The notes under the pieces: model-generated
Told to the model about the DNA's origin: nothing
What the model saw: the letters and a program-made list of their open reading frames with translations, nothing else
Databases searched by the model: none
Shown here: positions 17,585 through 27,416 of the stretch, one piece after another
Layout of the letters: every line of letters starts with the position of its first letter
Position numbering within the stretch: the stretch's first letter is position 1
Position numbers and translations under genes: made by a program
DNA from: Escherichia phage nieznany
Sequence record: NC_052659.1
DNA: 64,000 nucleotides
Direction: 5' to 3' (one strand)

Positions 17585-18673
17585 ATGGCAGCAATTAATT
17601 TACACAATGAAGTTTACAAAACAGGAAAATATCCAGTATTTTTAGGGGAACAATTAGGGATCTTTGATTCTGTTAACGTAACTTATCCAGAAATGCACAA
17701 ACTCTACAAACTTCAAAAAGCACAAGATTGGGATGAGAATGAAGTCAATCTGGATCAGACACGTAAAGATTTCGTAGCTTGTTCTAAAAACAACTATGAT
17801 GTTATGATTAAAAACTTATCTTTCCAATGGGAAAATGATTCTCTTGCAAAATCAATCATCACTTTGTTCTCTCCATTCTTGAGTAACAATGAAGCCTGTG
17901 CTATGATGATGAAGCAGAGTGAAATGGAAGTTCTCCATGCGTTAACGTATTCTGAAATAATCCGTCAATGTACTCCAGATCCAATCGAAGTCATCAATCA
18001 GATTATGATTAATGATAAAATTTTCAATCGTATGGGTATCATTGCTGATATCATGGGTCAGTTGGAAGAAGCTGGTCATAAGTATGCTCTAGGATTGATT
18101 GAAGCTAACGATGAACTTCGACTGCTGATTCTTAAAGGGATGGTAGCCCTGATTGGGTTAGAAGGTATTCAGTTTATATCTTCCTTCTCTGCTACTTTTG
18201 CTATGGCAGAACAACAACTGTTTGTTGGAGCTTGTAAACTGATCCAGAAAATTATGCTAGATGAAATCTTGCATGTTAAGATGGATTATGCTGTAATTGA
18301 TGCATTGATGCATGACCCAATTTGGCGTAAAATTTACGAAGACAACATTGAAGAGTTGACTTTGATTCTTGACACTGTTGTTGAACAAGAGGAACAGTGG
18401 TGTGACTACCTGTTTAGTGAAGGGCGTTTTATTGTAGGTCTTAACGCCGAATTGTCTAAACAATGGGTTTATTTCAATGCTGCTCCTATTTATCGTCGAT
18501 TGAAAATGAAAGCCAAGTTTAAAGCACCTAAACATAGTCCTTTAGCTTGGATGGAAAAATGGTTGAATCCTGATTTGATTCAGTCAGCAGCCCAAGAGAT
18601 TCAGTTAACTAACTACAAATTAAATTCAGCTAACAAAGATCTCTCTGATGATGAGGAGCTTGACTTCGAATGA
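17585..18673 (+). CDS. nrdB: ribonucleoside-diphosphate reductase small subunit NrdB
   Basis: 362 aa, ferritin-like di-iron protein immediately downstream of nrdA. Confidence 0.85.
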   Translation: MAAINLHNEVYKTGKYPVFLGEQLGIFDSVNVTYPEMHKLYKLQKAQDWDENEVNLDQTRKDFVACSKNNYDVMIKNLSFQWENDSLAKSIITLFSPFLSNNEACAMMMKQSEMEVLHALTYSEIIRQCTPDPIEVINQIMINDKIFNRMGIIADIMGQLEEAGHKYALGLIEANDELRLLILKGMVALIGLEGIQFISSFSATFAMAEQQLFVGACKLIQKIMLDEILHVKMDYAVIDALMHDPIWRKIYEDNIEELTLILDTVVEQEEQWCDYLFSEGRFIVGLNAELSKQWVYFNAAPIYRRLKMKAKFKAPKHSPLAWMEKWLNPDLIQSAAQEIQLTNYKLNSANKDLSDDEELDFE

Positions 18674-18879
18674 TTTTGAAATGTGTTGGTATAATCGACA
18701 CATTCAAAGACGTTTTTGATAAAGGGGCTTCTTATGAAGCCTCTGAAATGAAGAATGGTTTTTGTGATGTATTCGGTAAACGCCTGAAGAAAAACGGCGA
18801 TCCTTGGCTAGGAGTTATGTCTTGTGGTCATATTATTGTAAATGGTGTTGCCAAGTTTGAAATAATTAAGGAGGAATAG
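18670..18879 (+). CDS. hypothetical protein
   Basis: 69 aa ORF, ATGA overlap with nrdB. Confidence 0.4.
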   Translation: MILKCVGIIDTFKDVFDKGASYEASEMKNGFCDVFGKRLKKNGDPWLGVMSCGHIIVNGVAKFEIIKEE

Positions 18880-19031
18880 TGGCTGAAAAACTTATTTTTT
18901 GTCCTGTGTGCGGTGGGACGGGACAGATGGAAGTGGAAATTATGGTAACATTTCCTTGCCTGAATTGTCATGGTGAGGGACGAGTAGTAGTCTTTGAAAA
19001 AGGAGGGTTGGAGGTAGAAGATGGAGAGTGA
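18879..19031 (+). CDS. small zinc-ribbon protein (50 aa, GTG start)
   Basis: AGGAGG then GTG; CPVCGG...CLNCHG. Confidence 0.4.
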   Translation: MAEKLIFCPVCGGTGQMEVEIMVTFPCLNCHGEGRVVVFEKGGLEVEDGE

Positions 19032-19185
19032 AAAAGAGTATGTCCGCATTCCACGAGAATTAACAGATCACATTGCAGAAGCAATAGCTTTCGAAGCTAG
19101 ATGTTGTGGAGGTATTGCTTACGATATTTATGAAGCAATTATTAAAGCTGCTCAAGAAGAGGAGGAGATGAATAATGGGTATTGA
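19021..19185 (+). CDS. small hypothetical protein (54 aa)
   Basis: Manual translation MESEKEYVRIP...; below ORF-track cutoff. Confidence 0.3.
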   Translation: MESEKEYVRIPRELTDHIAEAIAFEARCCGGIAYDIYEAIIKAAQEEEEMNNGY

Positions 19186-19501
19186 TATCGAATGGCGTAT
19201 GTTACAGGGTGCACCATATGATAAATGGAAAGAAATATTTGGAGACGACCCACAAGTTGAAGACCAGTTCGATGGGGACTTTAATTGGTTTCTCTGTGAA
19301 GGTTTGGGCTTGGAAAACATTTCCCCGTGGTACGATGCAGATCCTGAAGATTGTGTCTTCGGTGTCAAGCTGTGTAGCGGCTGTGGTGCTTGTGCCATAG
19401 ACCTCACAAGCTTAAATAAAAAAGCAAATGAGATCTATTTTGAACTACTTAATAAGTATAATATTGAAACTGAAACATTAGTGTCACAAAACGTCTGGTA
19501 A
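19175..19501 (+). CDS. hypothetical protein
   Basis: 108 aa ORF. Confidence 0.4.
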   Translation: MGIDIEWRMLQGAPYDKWKEIFGDDPQVEDQFDGDFNWFLCEGLGLENISPWYDADPEDCVFGVKLCSGCGACAIDLTSLNKKANEIYFELLNKYNIETETLVSQNVW

Positions 19502-19510
19502 GGAGAACTG

Positions 19511-20503
19511 ATGCGCTATCTGGTAACAGGTGGTCTTGGTTTTATTGGGAGCGCCGTGGTGCGCTCTCTTTGTCAAGATCCTAATAACGAAGTTTTTGTC
19601 GTTGATAAGATGGGCTATGCAGCAGATATTGAGAATGTAGGCGATATCACTCACGTTAAACTAAGCATGACAGATTTGGCAAACGAAACCCAGGTCAAAA
19701 GTTTAGTAGTAGAGTGCAATCCTGACTTCATCATTCACTTAGCGGCAGAAAGTCATGTGGATAATTCTATCAAGAATCCACGAGTTTTCATCGACTCCAA
19801 TATTATCGGTACATACAATTTATTGGAAGCTGCAAGGCTCCTCCCAAAAAATAAACTGAAGATGTTCGTACACGTCTCCACAGACGAAGTGTACGGCGAT
19901 ATGGCAGACTCTGGCGTTCCCTTTACCGAAGAGACAGCTTATGCCCCTTCAAGCCCGTACAGTGCGTCTAAGGCAGCATCTGACCATCTTGTGAAAGCTT
20001 GGCACCGCACCTACGATTTGCCTGTTGTGATAACCAACTGCTCCAATAACTTTGGGCCTTATCAACATCCAGAAAAGCTGATCCCAAAAATCATCACAAG
20101 TATCTTGACGAATAAAGAGATTCCGGTGTATGGTAAAGGCGACCAGGTGCGAGACTGGCTTTTTGTTGAGGATCATGCGCGAGCTATTCTTCAAGTGGCA
20201 ACAGGTGGAGAACCAGGTCAAACGTATAATGTTGGAACACGTAATCCCAAAACCAATATGGAGATCATCTATATGGTTTGTGACTATATGGATACTGTAC
20301 ATCCAGAAGCAGTAACCTACCCTTCTTCCAACTTGATAACTTTTGTTGAAGATCGTAAAGGACATGACTTGCGTTATGAAATCAATCCTTCTAAGATAGA
20401 GTCTGAACTGGGCTGGAGTGCAAACTCTACATTTGAACAAGATCTCTACTCAACGATTGAATGGTACTTAAACAACCCTCAATGGTGGAGTGAGAAAATT
20501 TAA
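19511..20503 (+). CDS. rmlB: dTDP-glucose 4,6-dehydratase (RmlB)
   Basis: N-terminal [11 protein letters not shown] Rossmann motif; SDR-type dehydratase; first gene of rml cluster. Confidence 0.85.
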   Translation: MRYLVTGGLGFIGSAVVRSLCQDPNNEVFVVDKMGYAADIENVGDITHVKLSMTDLANETQVKSLVVECNPDFIIHLAAESHVDNSIKNPRVFIDSNIIGTYNLLEAARLLPKNKLKMFVHVSTDEVYGDMADSGVPFTEETAYAPSSPYSASKAASDHLVKAWHRTYDLPVVITNCSNNFGPYQHPEKLIPKIITSILTNKEIPVYGKGDQVRDWLFVEDHARAILQVATGGEPGQTYNVGTRNPKTNMEIIYMVCDYMDTVHPEAVTYPSSNLITFVEDRKGHDLRYEINPSKIESELGWSANSTFEQDLYSTIEWYLNNPQWWSEKI

Positions 20504-20511
20504 GGAGGGTT

Positions 20512-21390
20512 ATGAAAGGTATTATTTTGGCGGGAGGAAGTGGAACCCGCCTTCATCCGGTAACACGCAGTGTGAGCAAGCAATTGCTCCCTGTGTATGA
20601 CAAACCCATGATCTACTACCCTTTATCGGTATTGATGTTGGCTGACATTAAGGATATTTTAATCATCACCACACCAGGTGATCAGGAAGACTTTGAGTAT
20701 CTTCTCGGAGATGGGTCTATGTTTGGGATAAAACTCACTTACGCAATCCAATCCGAGCCACGAGGTCTTGCGGAAGCTTTCATCATAGGTAAAGATTTTA
20801 TCGGAGAAGACTCTGTTGCTCTTATTTTAGGTGACAACCTATTCTTCGGACAAAGCTTTGGTAAACTACTGATTAACGCCAGTGAGATGGTAGATGTTTG
20901 GGGAGGAGCTTGTATTTTCGGGTATTTGGTGAAAGATCCTGAACGATTCGGTGTGGTTGAATTTGGGAGTAATCGTCAAGCTATTTCTATTGAAGAGAAA
21001 CCTGAAAATCCTAAATCAGATTATGCTGTCACAGGTTTGTATTTCTATGATAACTCTGTTATTCAACGTGCATTAGAAGTAACCCCTTCCGCGCGTGGAG
21101 AACTGGAGATCACTGATATCAATCGCAGCTACCTAGAAGACAGGAAGTTACAAGTGGAAGTTCTCGGACGAGGATTTACTTGGCTTGACACAGGAACACA
21201 CGCCAGTCTGATGGAAGCTGGTCAATTCGTGCAGACTATTGAGAACTGTCAAGGATTGAAGATTGCGTGCCTGGAAGAAATTGCTTTCAAAAAAGGGTGG
21301 ATTTCTTTAGAGACTTTGGTGTATCATGGAAACTCACTGAAGAAAACAGAGTACGGGCAATACCTACTCAAATTAGCGGAGAGAAAATGA
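20512..21390 (+). CDS. rmlA: glucose-1-phosphate thymidylyltransferase (RmlA)
   Basis: N-terminal [18 protein letters not shown], near-identical to the RmlA signature. Confidence 0.9.
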   Translation: MKGIILAGGSGTRLHPVTRSVSKQLLPVYDKPMIYYPLSVLMLADIKDILIITTPGDQEDFEYLLGDGSMFGIKLTYAIQSEPRGLAEAFIIGKDFIGEDSVALILGDNLFFGQSFGKLLINASEMVDVWGGACIFGYLVKDPERFGVVEFGSNRQAISIEEKPENPKSDYAVTGLYFYDNSVIQRALEVTPSARGELEITDINRSYLEDRKLQVEVLGRGFTWLDTGTHASLMEAGQFVQTIENCQGLKIACLEEIAFKKGWISLETLVYHGNSLKKTEYGQYLLKLAERK

Positions 21391-21953
21391 AAGTAGAAAA
21401 AACAAAAATTGAAGGTGCGGTAATTATCAAACCAGACGTTTATAAAGATGATCGTGGTTTCTTTCTAGAAACATATAATGAACAAAAATACGAAGATATT
21501 ATTGGTAGACAAACTTTCGTTCAAGATAACATGTCTAAATCAAACTTCGGTGTTTTGCGAGGAATGCACTTTCAAACAAATAACCCGCAAGGTAAGCTAG
21601 TTCGTTGTGTAAGTGGGGAAGTATTGGATTTCGCTGTAGATTTACGTAAAGATAGTCCAACTTACGGTGCTTGGGACGGTGTTGTTCTTCGTGCACGACA
21701 CCATACGCAGTTTTGGCTTCCGCCTGGTTTGGCTCATGGTTTTATAGTTTTGAGTATGGATGCTATCTTTGAATACAAATGCACAACTCCATACGACCCT
21801 TCTAGTGAACAAAGTTTACGTTGGGATGATCCTGATATAGGGATCGATTGGGGCTTCGATATGATTTTTGACGAAGGTTTTAAACCTATTCTATCAACAA
21901 AAGATGCAATGGCTAAATCTTTTCAACAGTTACGTAGCGAGGGTGTATGCTAA
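21387..21953 (+). CDS. rmlC: dTDP-4-dehydrorhamnose 3,5-epimerase (RmlC)
   Basis: ATGA overlap with rmlA; cupin-type epimerase motifs [14 protein letters not shown]. Confidence 0.8.
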   Translation: MKVEKTKIEGAVIIKPDVYKDDRGFFLETYNEQKYEDIIGRQTFVQDNMSKSNFGVLRGMHFQTNNPQGKLVRCVSGEVLDFAVDLRKDSPTYGAWDGVVLRARHHTQFWLPPGLAHGFIVLSMDAIFEYKCTTPYDPSSEQSLRWDDPDIGIDWGFDMIFDEGFKPILSTKDAMAKSFQQLRSEGVC

Positions 21954-22789
21954 CATATCTGGTATTGGGCGGTAATGGACAACTGGGACAAGCTTTACGT
22001 AAAGTGGCTCCTTCAAATGTATCTTTAATTTATCCTAAAGAACGTGTAGATATTACAAATTTTGAAGCTGTGCGAAACGCTATTATTGAAGATTATGTAG
22101 ATGGTGTTATTAATTGCGCCGCTTATACGGCTGTAGATAAAGCAGAACATGATTTTGCTACTGCTTTGGCTGTTAATGCGTATGGACCTGCAAATATTGC
22201 GGCAGTGTGCAGCAAACTTAAAATTGATTTTGTGCATATTTCTACAGACTATATTTTTAATTATTCTCATCCTATTTTTGAAGATACTACACCTAACCCA
22301 ATAAACAATTATGGGTATACGAAAGAACTTGGTGAAAAAATGGTGCGAGGAGTTAACCCAAATGCATATATTATTCGAACAGCCTCGGTATATAGCGAAT
22401 TTGGAAATAACTTTCTAAAAACCATGTTGTCTCGCTATAATGATGGACAACGTGATTTTATTATTGTTGCTGATCAGTTCTCTTGTCCAACATATGCTCC
22501 AGATTTAGCAGAAGCTATTTTTGAAGTATTAAAAACAGGTTGGTCAAGGTCTATTAAGACTTACCATTTTGCAGGAAGCCATCTTATTTCTTGGGCGGAG
22601 TTTGCGGAAAAGATCTTGACACAGATGCCAGAACCTGTTAAGATATCGGCGGTATCAGCTTCAACCTATAATGCTCCAGCAGCACGTCCGGTGAAGTCAC
22701 AACTAGTAACCAGTCACTATCTTACAAAATCAGATTTAAATAAAGGTATTGAACAGTCTTTAGCAGTATTACTTAATAAGGAGAGGTAA
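21947..22789 (+). CDS. rmlD: dTDP-4-dehydrorhamnose reductase (RmlD)
   Basis: N-terminal LVLGGNGQLG; completes the four-gene rml cluster. Confidence 0.8.
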   Translation: MLTYLVLGGNGQLGQALRKVAPSNVSLIYPKERVDITNFEAVRNAIIEDYVDGVINCAAYTAVDKAEHDFATALAVNAYGPANIAAVCSKLKIDFVHISTDYIFNYSHPIFEDTTPNPINNYGYTKELGEKMVRGVNPNAYIIRTASVYSEFGNNFLKTMLSRYNDGQRDFIIVADQFSCPTYAPDLAEAIFEVLKTGWSRSIKTYHFAGSHLISWAEFAEKILTQMPEPVKISAVSASTYNAPAARPVKSQLVTSHYLTKSDLNKGIEQSLAVLLNKER

Positions 22790-23049
22790 TGGAATTTGTA
22801 ATTTTTGGTAAACCTAACTGTCAATTTTGTGAAATGTCAAAACAACTATTAACCATGCGCAATAAACAGTTTGAATATTTAAGTCTTGATCAAGACTATG
22901 ATTTAGAATCAATGACTAAAACAGTTGTTGATCTTACCGGAGTTCCTCCACGCACATTTCCACAAATTCTGTCCGAAGTGAACGGGGAGGTAACATACGT
23001 AGGCGGTTTTACCGAACTGCGTGATCTCATGGCTCAAATTGCGGAGTAA
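22789..23049 (+). CDS. glutaredoxin/NrdH-like thioredoxin-fold protein
   Basis: GKPNCQFC active-site CxxC; 86 aa. Confidence 0.6.
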   Translation: MEFVIFGKPNCQFCEMSKQLLTMRNKQFEYLSLDQDYDLESMTKTVVDLTGVPPRTFPQILSEVNGEVTYVGGFTELRDLMAQIAE

Positions 23050-23054
23050 CAATT

Positions 23055-23204
23055 ATGAAAAGTAAACAGAAACGTAAGATCTTTTCTCGTGCTTTGGCAA
23101 ATGAGCTGAAGTCCAACATAAAGAAAACGAAACCAAAACGTGAAACTTCTCCAGAACATCTGTTGTTTAACGAGTTGGATCACGGAGTAGGAGACGACGA
23201 ATAG
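23055..23204 (+). CDS. small basic protein (49 aa)
   Basis: Manual translation MKSKQKRKIF... Confidence 0.3.
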   Translation: MKSKQKRKIFSRALANELKSNIKKTKPKRETSPEHLLFNELDHGVGDDE

Positions 23205-23211
23205 GAAGTAA

Positions 23212-23712
23212 ATGGCTAAAGTAGTAGATGAGTTTGATATGCTACGAGTCGATGAAGGACTGAAGCTTACTGTTTATCAAGACCATCTTGGTTATTGGAC
23301 AGTCGGCATAGGACACCTTCTGACTAAAATAAAAGATAAAGCAAAGGCTATTCAAATCTTAGATAATCTTCTTGGTCGTAAGACTAATGGAGTTATCACA
23401 GAAAAAGAAGCCCGTCAAATCTTTGCTGATGATGTTGCAAAAGTGAAGAGAGACATAAAAAACAGTGCTATCTTATCACCAATCTATGATAAGGTTAGTG
23501 ATACTCGTAAATTGGGAATAATCAACATGGTTTTCCAGTTGGGGTTAAAAGGTGCTGAAGGGTTTCAAAATAGCTTGACTTTAATCAGCAATGCATATTA
23601 TACTCAAGCAGGTAAAAACATGCGTAAAAGCCGATGGTATAGCCAGACGCCAAACCGTGCTGAACGAGTAATTAAAGTTCTGACTTCTGGAACTTTAGAT
23701 GCTTACAACTAA
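23212..23712 (+). CDS. e: T4-type lysozyme (endolysin e)
   Basis: MLRVDEGLKLTVYQDHLGYWTVGIGHLLTK and SRWYSQTPNRAERVI closely match T4 lysozyme as recalled. Confidence 0.85.
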   Translation: MAKVVDEFDMLRVDEGLKLTVYQDHLGYWTVGIGHLLTKIKDKAKAIQILDNLLGRKTNGVITEKEARQIFADDVAKVKRDIKNSAILSPIYDKVSDTRKLGIINMVFQLGLKGAEGFQNSLTLISNAYYTQAGKNMRKSRWYSQTPNRAERVIKVLTSGTLDAYN

Positions 23713-23713
23713 T

Positions 23714-23731
23714 AAAGGGGCTTCGGCCCCT
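23714..23731 (+). terminator. UUCG-tetraloop hairpin AAGGGGCTTCGGCCCCTT
   Basis: Seen in sequence; no long T-tract. Confidence 0.4.
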
Positions 23732-23749
23732 TCTAAAAGGAGTGCTACT

Positions 23750-24508
23750 ATGGGAAATAAAACCGCAGCTAAAACACAACGGCAGAAACTGGCTAATTCA
23801 GCAAAGATTGAAAGCCGTTATGCAGCAAAAGCGGTAGGTAATGACGATTACCGTTTAGATGAATTTATGCCTGAAGGGGACCAAAATAAGATTGTTCAAA
23901 GCATGATTTGGAATGATCTGACTGTTGTAAATGCTCCGGCAGGGACTGGTAAAACCTCTGTTGCTTTATGGAAAGCTTTGCAGATGCTTCGTTCAGGAGA
24001 CTTCCGTAAACTACTTTTTATCAAGAACCCTACTGAAGTCGGAGATGACCAGATTGGTTTCTTGTCTGGAGATAAAACAGATAAACTAGCAGCACACTAT
24101 GAATCTACAAAACGTATTTTCCAGCAATTCATGACAGCCAACAAATTGGAAAACGACATTGGATCAGGTAAGATCGAATTGAATATTCCTAACTATTTGT
24201 TGGGGGCCACCCTGGATAATACAATCGTCATTATTGACGAAGCACAACTTATGTCAACAGAAACACTTAAACTTCTTATTGAACGTGCAGGTATTAATAC
24301 GCATGTTATTGTATTAGGCGATGTTCGCCAGACATATGCAATTAAAAAACGTAGCAATGGTCTGCATCAAATTTTGGAACTTTTATATCCAGAAAATGAA
24401 GAAGGTGTTCGTGAGCCAATTGTAGATTTTATTGGATACGTTGAACTGACAACGGACGATAATAAACGTGGACGTTTGTCTAAACTGATTACTGAAGTGT
24501 TTATTTAA
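23750..24508 (+). CDS. phoH: PhoH-like ATPase
   Basis: Walker A GTGKTSVAL, PhoH-like architecture; start placed at ATG 23750 after hairpin and AAGGAG RBS. Confidence 0.75.
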   Translation: MGNKTAAKTQRQKLANSAKIESRYAAKAVGNDDYRLDEFMPEGDQNKIVQSMIWNDLTVVNAPAGTGKTSVALWKALQMLRSGDFRKLLFIKNPTEVGDDQIGFLSGDKTDKLAAHYESTKRIFQQFMTANKLENDIGSGKIELNIPNYLLGATLDNTIVIIDEAQLMSTETLKLLIERAGINTHVIVLGDVRQTYAIKKRSNGLHQILELLYPENEEGVREPIVDFIGYVELTTDDNKRGRLSKLITEVFI

Positions 24509-24540
24509 TAACATGGCAGGGAAGCCATTTATAAGGAGGA

Positions 24541-25044
24541 TTGATGGGTGTAGCAACAATAGCTATCGGAAGAAGCGGTATAGATGAGTGCTATCAAACG
24601 GGACTCGTAAAACCTAACGAATTTCGTCAAATTTGTGTAAACCATATTGAAAAAGAGATTGCTCTTACTTTAGAGAATATGACCCTCCGAGATAAACTGG
24701 AAATGTTTAAATGTTGGTGTCTAGGAGAAGATTGGCTTTTAAACCATTTTCAAGAACTTTCTGATAGTAAAGAAAGCTTGTTTGATTGTATAATAGGAAT
24801 AGCTGGCTCCGATCCTAGCCTTCTGCACATAACAGAAGAAGAGGCGAAGTTACTGTTCTTAAGTAATTTGTTTAATAAGAAAGCACTGCTTGTTCGTGAT
24901 TGCAGTGATCTTCTTAATAACCCGCTCGCAACGTCTGATCAAATTTTTGTTGACAAAGAGACACTACGTGCGATAGAATACATCTGCAAATATGTGAATG
25001 GCGGGAAAGCGGTTCTTAAAACATTAACAGAGGAGGAAGAATAG
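24541..25044 (+). CDS. hypothetical protein
   Basis: 167 aa ORF directly upstream of, and overlapping, the HslV-like gene. Confidence 0.45.
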   Translation: MMGVATIAIGRSGIDECYQTGLVKPNEFRQICVNHIEKEIALTLENMTLRDKLEMFKCWCLGEDWLLNHFQELSDSKESLFDCIIGIAGSDPSLLHITEEEAKLLFLSNLFNKKALLVRDCSDLLNNPLATSDQIFVDKETLRAIEYICKYVNGGKAVLKTLTEEEE

Positions 25045-25736
25045 TGACGACAATTATTGCAACCAAAAATAAGATTTTGAGTGACGGTAAGGTAACTTTT
25101 GGTGGACGTGTAGATTCTATTAATTTCAAAAAGGTCCGAAAAATTGGAGATTACCTTGTGGGTGGTGCTGGTCGTCTGACCTCCGTGCTTTCTTTCTTTC
25201 AATGGTTTGAACAAAATCTACAGTGCGAAGCAGCACGTGATGCTGTCCCTGGTTTGATGATTCACTCTGATCCAGATAAAGAAGATGAAGAGTTTATTGC
25301 ACTTGTTGTTCATCCAGACGGACGTATTTTCCTGCACGAAGGTAACAACCCAACACGTGCATATCCGATTGATGAAGAATATTATGCGGTAGGAAGTGGG
25401 TCAGACTTTGCTTTAGCTGCTCTTGATGCAGGGGCAACACCAGAACAGGCTATGGAAGTAGCTAAAAAGCGAGATGCTTTTTCTGGTGGTGAAACATTTA
25501 TTGAAGAACAAGACGAGATTATTGAATTAACAGACGATGATTTAGAAAACTTCTCCAAAGAAGAATTGATCAATCTTTTGAAATTCGGTAATCCCTACGG
25601 TGAAGAAGAACCTCGTAACGTGGCAGGCAACGAGGCGGATACTGAAGAAAAATATGTTGCAGAAAACAACTTGACTTCTAAATCTGAAAATATTAATCTC
25701 GTAAATGTGGCGGATTTCGAAGGAACCGCTATTTAA
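25044..25736 (+). CDS. HslV / proteasome beta-subunit-like Ntn-hydrolase peptidase with acidic C-terminal extension
   Basis: GTG start; M-TTIIA N-terminus (catalytic Thr after Met removal), KKVRK, VGGAG and YAVGSGSDFALAA match HslV TTIV...KKVRR...AGGTADA...GSGG as recalled. Confidence 0.7.
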   Translation: MTTIIATKNKILSDGKVTFGGRVDSINFKKVRKIGDYLVGGAGRLTSVLSFFQWFEQNLQCEAARDAVPGLMIHSDPDKEDEEFIALVVHPDGRIFLHEGNNPTRAYPIDEEYYAVGSGSDFALAALDAGATPEQAMEVAKKRDAFSGGETFIEEQDEIIELTDDDLENFSKEELINLLKFGNPYGEEEPRNVAGNEADTEEKYVAENNLTSKSENINLVNVADFEGTAI

Positions 25737-25742
25737 CAAACT

Positions 25743-25756
25743 GCCCCTTCGGGGGC
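25743..25756 (+). terminator. hairpin GCCCCTTCGGGGGC
   Basis: Seen in sequence. Confidence 0.4.
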
Positions 25757-25781
25757 ATTTCTTAAACATAGGAGATTAATA

Positions 25782-26216
25782 ATGTTACAAGTTCCTGCTA
25801 AGTTTGTTGAAGGCGCTATCCACTCTTACCGTCAAACATGTAAGAGGGCAAGAAACTGTTTAGATGGTCTGGTGGCAAAAACCTATACTGTTGAAAAGAA
25901 AAAACGTTGGTTTGGCAAAGATGTTTACGAAGTTAATATTTTTGGTGAACATAAACTAAACCACGATACTCCTGAAAACATGTTAGAAATATTTCTAAGA
26001 GATGACAAAATATCTCCTATGGATTACCAACTTTTAAAATTTTATGATTCTTCTTTAGCTATTGATAAGTTTGTTGAAGATATTCTGTCTAGAAAAACAG
26101 ATAAAAACACTTATCCTCTAGAGGCTGATCAAATAGGATTATTAAACGAGATTTCATCCTTTAAAGAGTTGGATAATATTACAAAAGAGGAGATTTTAGA
26201 TGGCATTAGATTATGA
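25782..26216 (+). CDS. hypothetical protein
   Basis: 144 aa ORF. Confidence 0.45.
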   Translation: MLQVPAKFVEGAIHSYRQTCKRARNCLDGLVAKTYTVEKKKRWFGKDVYEVNIFGEHKLNHDTPENMLEIFLRDDKISPMDYQLLKFYDSSLAIDKFVEDILSRKTDKNTYPLEADQIGLLNEISSFKELDNITKEEILDGIRL

Positions 26217-26709
26217 TCGCCCAACGAGCGATTATTATCCGACACCGCAAAAAGCAATCAACAGTTTGTTTAGTGTTATAGATTTCAAAAATCTAAAGGA
26301 AGAAGGTTGGGTTTTTGCAGAACCTTGTAGAGGTGAAGCTGAAGCGATTTATCGCCATTTTCCTGAAGGTTCAGAATATTGTGAACTTGAAGAAGGTAAA
26401 GATTATTTTAGTCATGAATGGGAAAATCGTCCCGACATTATAATCACAAATCCTCCATTCAAGTTAGCAATGGAGTTCTTGGAAAAGAGCTTAAAAGAGG
26501 CGGATGTTTGTATTTATCTTCTTCGGTTGGGCTTCTTGGAGTCAAAGAAACGACGAGAGTTCCATCAAAAGAATCCACCAACAAACCTTATAGTCCTTTC
26601 AGAACGGCCTTCGTTTGTTGCAGGTGGAACAGATAAGACAGCATACGCTTGGTATGTATACGACCCAAAGAATCGTTTGGGCCTCTCTCAACCATTTTAT
26701 TTTGTTTAA
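26200..26709 (+). CDS. phage Dam-like N6-adenine DNA methyltransferase (small form)
   Basis: IITNPPF motif IV; size about 170 aa typical of small phage Dam family. Confidence 0.5.
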   Translation: MALDYDRPTSDYYPTPQKAINSLFSVIDFKNLKEEGWVFAEPCRGEAEAIYRHFPEGSEYCELEEGKDYFSHEWENRPDIIITNPPFKLAMEFLEKSLKEADVCIYLLRLGFLESKKRREFHQKNPPTNLIVLSERPSFVAGGTDKTAYAWYVYDPKNRLGLSQPFYFV

Positions 26710-26721
26710 GGAGTGTGAACT

Positions 26722-26958
26722 ATGGGTAAACTAATTATGACAGTGGCTATTGATTTTGATGAAGTAGATGAAAGCCTCAACCTTTCACTTTCTACTGACG
26801 TAGATGGCGAAATGGATAATATTGAAGCAGCTACTGCTCTTTTCTTCAAAAAAGCCATTGAAGTTTATGCCGAACATGCTGCAAATCAGGCAGTAGATTA
26901 CGGTGGTATCGTGCGAGCTTTGGTTCACTCTACCGAGGACAATGACTGGGAAGACTAA
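26722..26958 (+). CDS. hypothetical acidic protein
   Basis: 78 aa ORF. Confidence 0.4.
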   Translation: MGKLIMTVAIDFDEVDESLNLSLSTDVDGEMDNIEAATALFFKKAIEVYAEHAANQAVDYGGIVRALVHSTEDNDWED

Positions 26959-27161
26959 TGGCTTACAATTATTACTGCATTTATGCACATGAAAAGAAGA
27001 AAGGTGACACTGGGACTAACGTTTATGCGGAGTCTGAATCTCATGCAAAAGAGATTGGTGCTATCCTTTTATCACGCTGGACTGGAAATAATTACAGTGC
27101 AGAAGATATGTTTGCAGAAGTGGATTCTAGTATCCAAGAAGGCAACATAACAACTACGTGA
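26958..27161 (+). CDS. hypothetical protein
   Basis: 67 aa ORF. Confidence 0.35.
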   Translation: MAYNYYCIYAHEKKKGDTGTNVYAESESHAKEIGAILLSRWTGNNYSAEDMFAEVDSSIQEGNITTT

Positions 27162-27180
27162 TATACTTATACTCCCTTCT

Positions 27181-27206
27181 CGGAGGGAGTATTTTTAAGG
27201 AGGGAT
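27181..27206 (+). terminator. hairpin ACTCCCTTCTCGGAGGGAGT + T-tract
   Basis: Seen in sequence. Confidence 0.5.
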
Positions 27207-27207
27207 T

Positions 27208-27402
27208 ATGCAGAGCGGAGAAGAACTTTTAGAGAAACAATTCTCAACGCGTCAACAAGCTTTAAGTTATATGGTTTTTCTAAGCAATCTTGATGTGAAT
27301 GAGATACTTTTACGGCGCGAAGGTAATTTCTGGAGCGTTAAATATCATGCAACAAGGTCTGTAATCTACCTGGAAGAGGCGGAATTCTCTTTGGTAGAAT
27401 GA
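27208..27402 (+). CDS. hypothetical protein
   Basis: 64 aa ORF. Confidence 0.35.
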   Translation: MQSGEELLEKQFSTRQQALSYMVFLSNLDVNEILLRREGNFWSVKYHATRSVIYLEEAEFSLVE

Positions 27403-27416
27403 TCCGAGGAGTAGTT

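Noticed and set aside
12853-18673. Group I introns in thyX, nrdA or nrdB (as in T4 td, nrdB, nrdD)
   Set aside because: All three ORFs are uninterrupted and of full expected length; the only insertion is the free-standing endonuclease gene between nrdA and nrdB.
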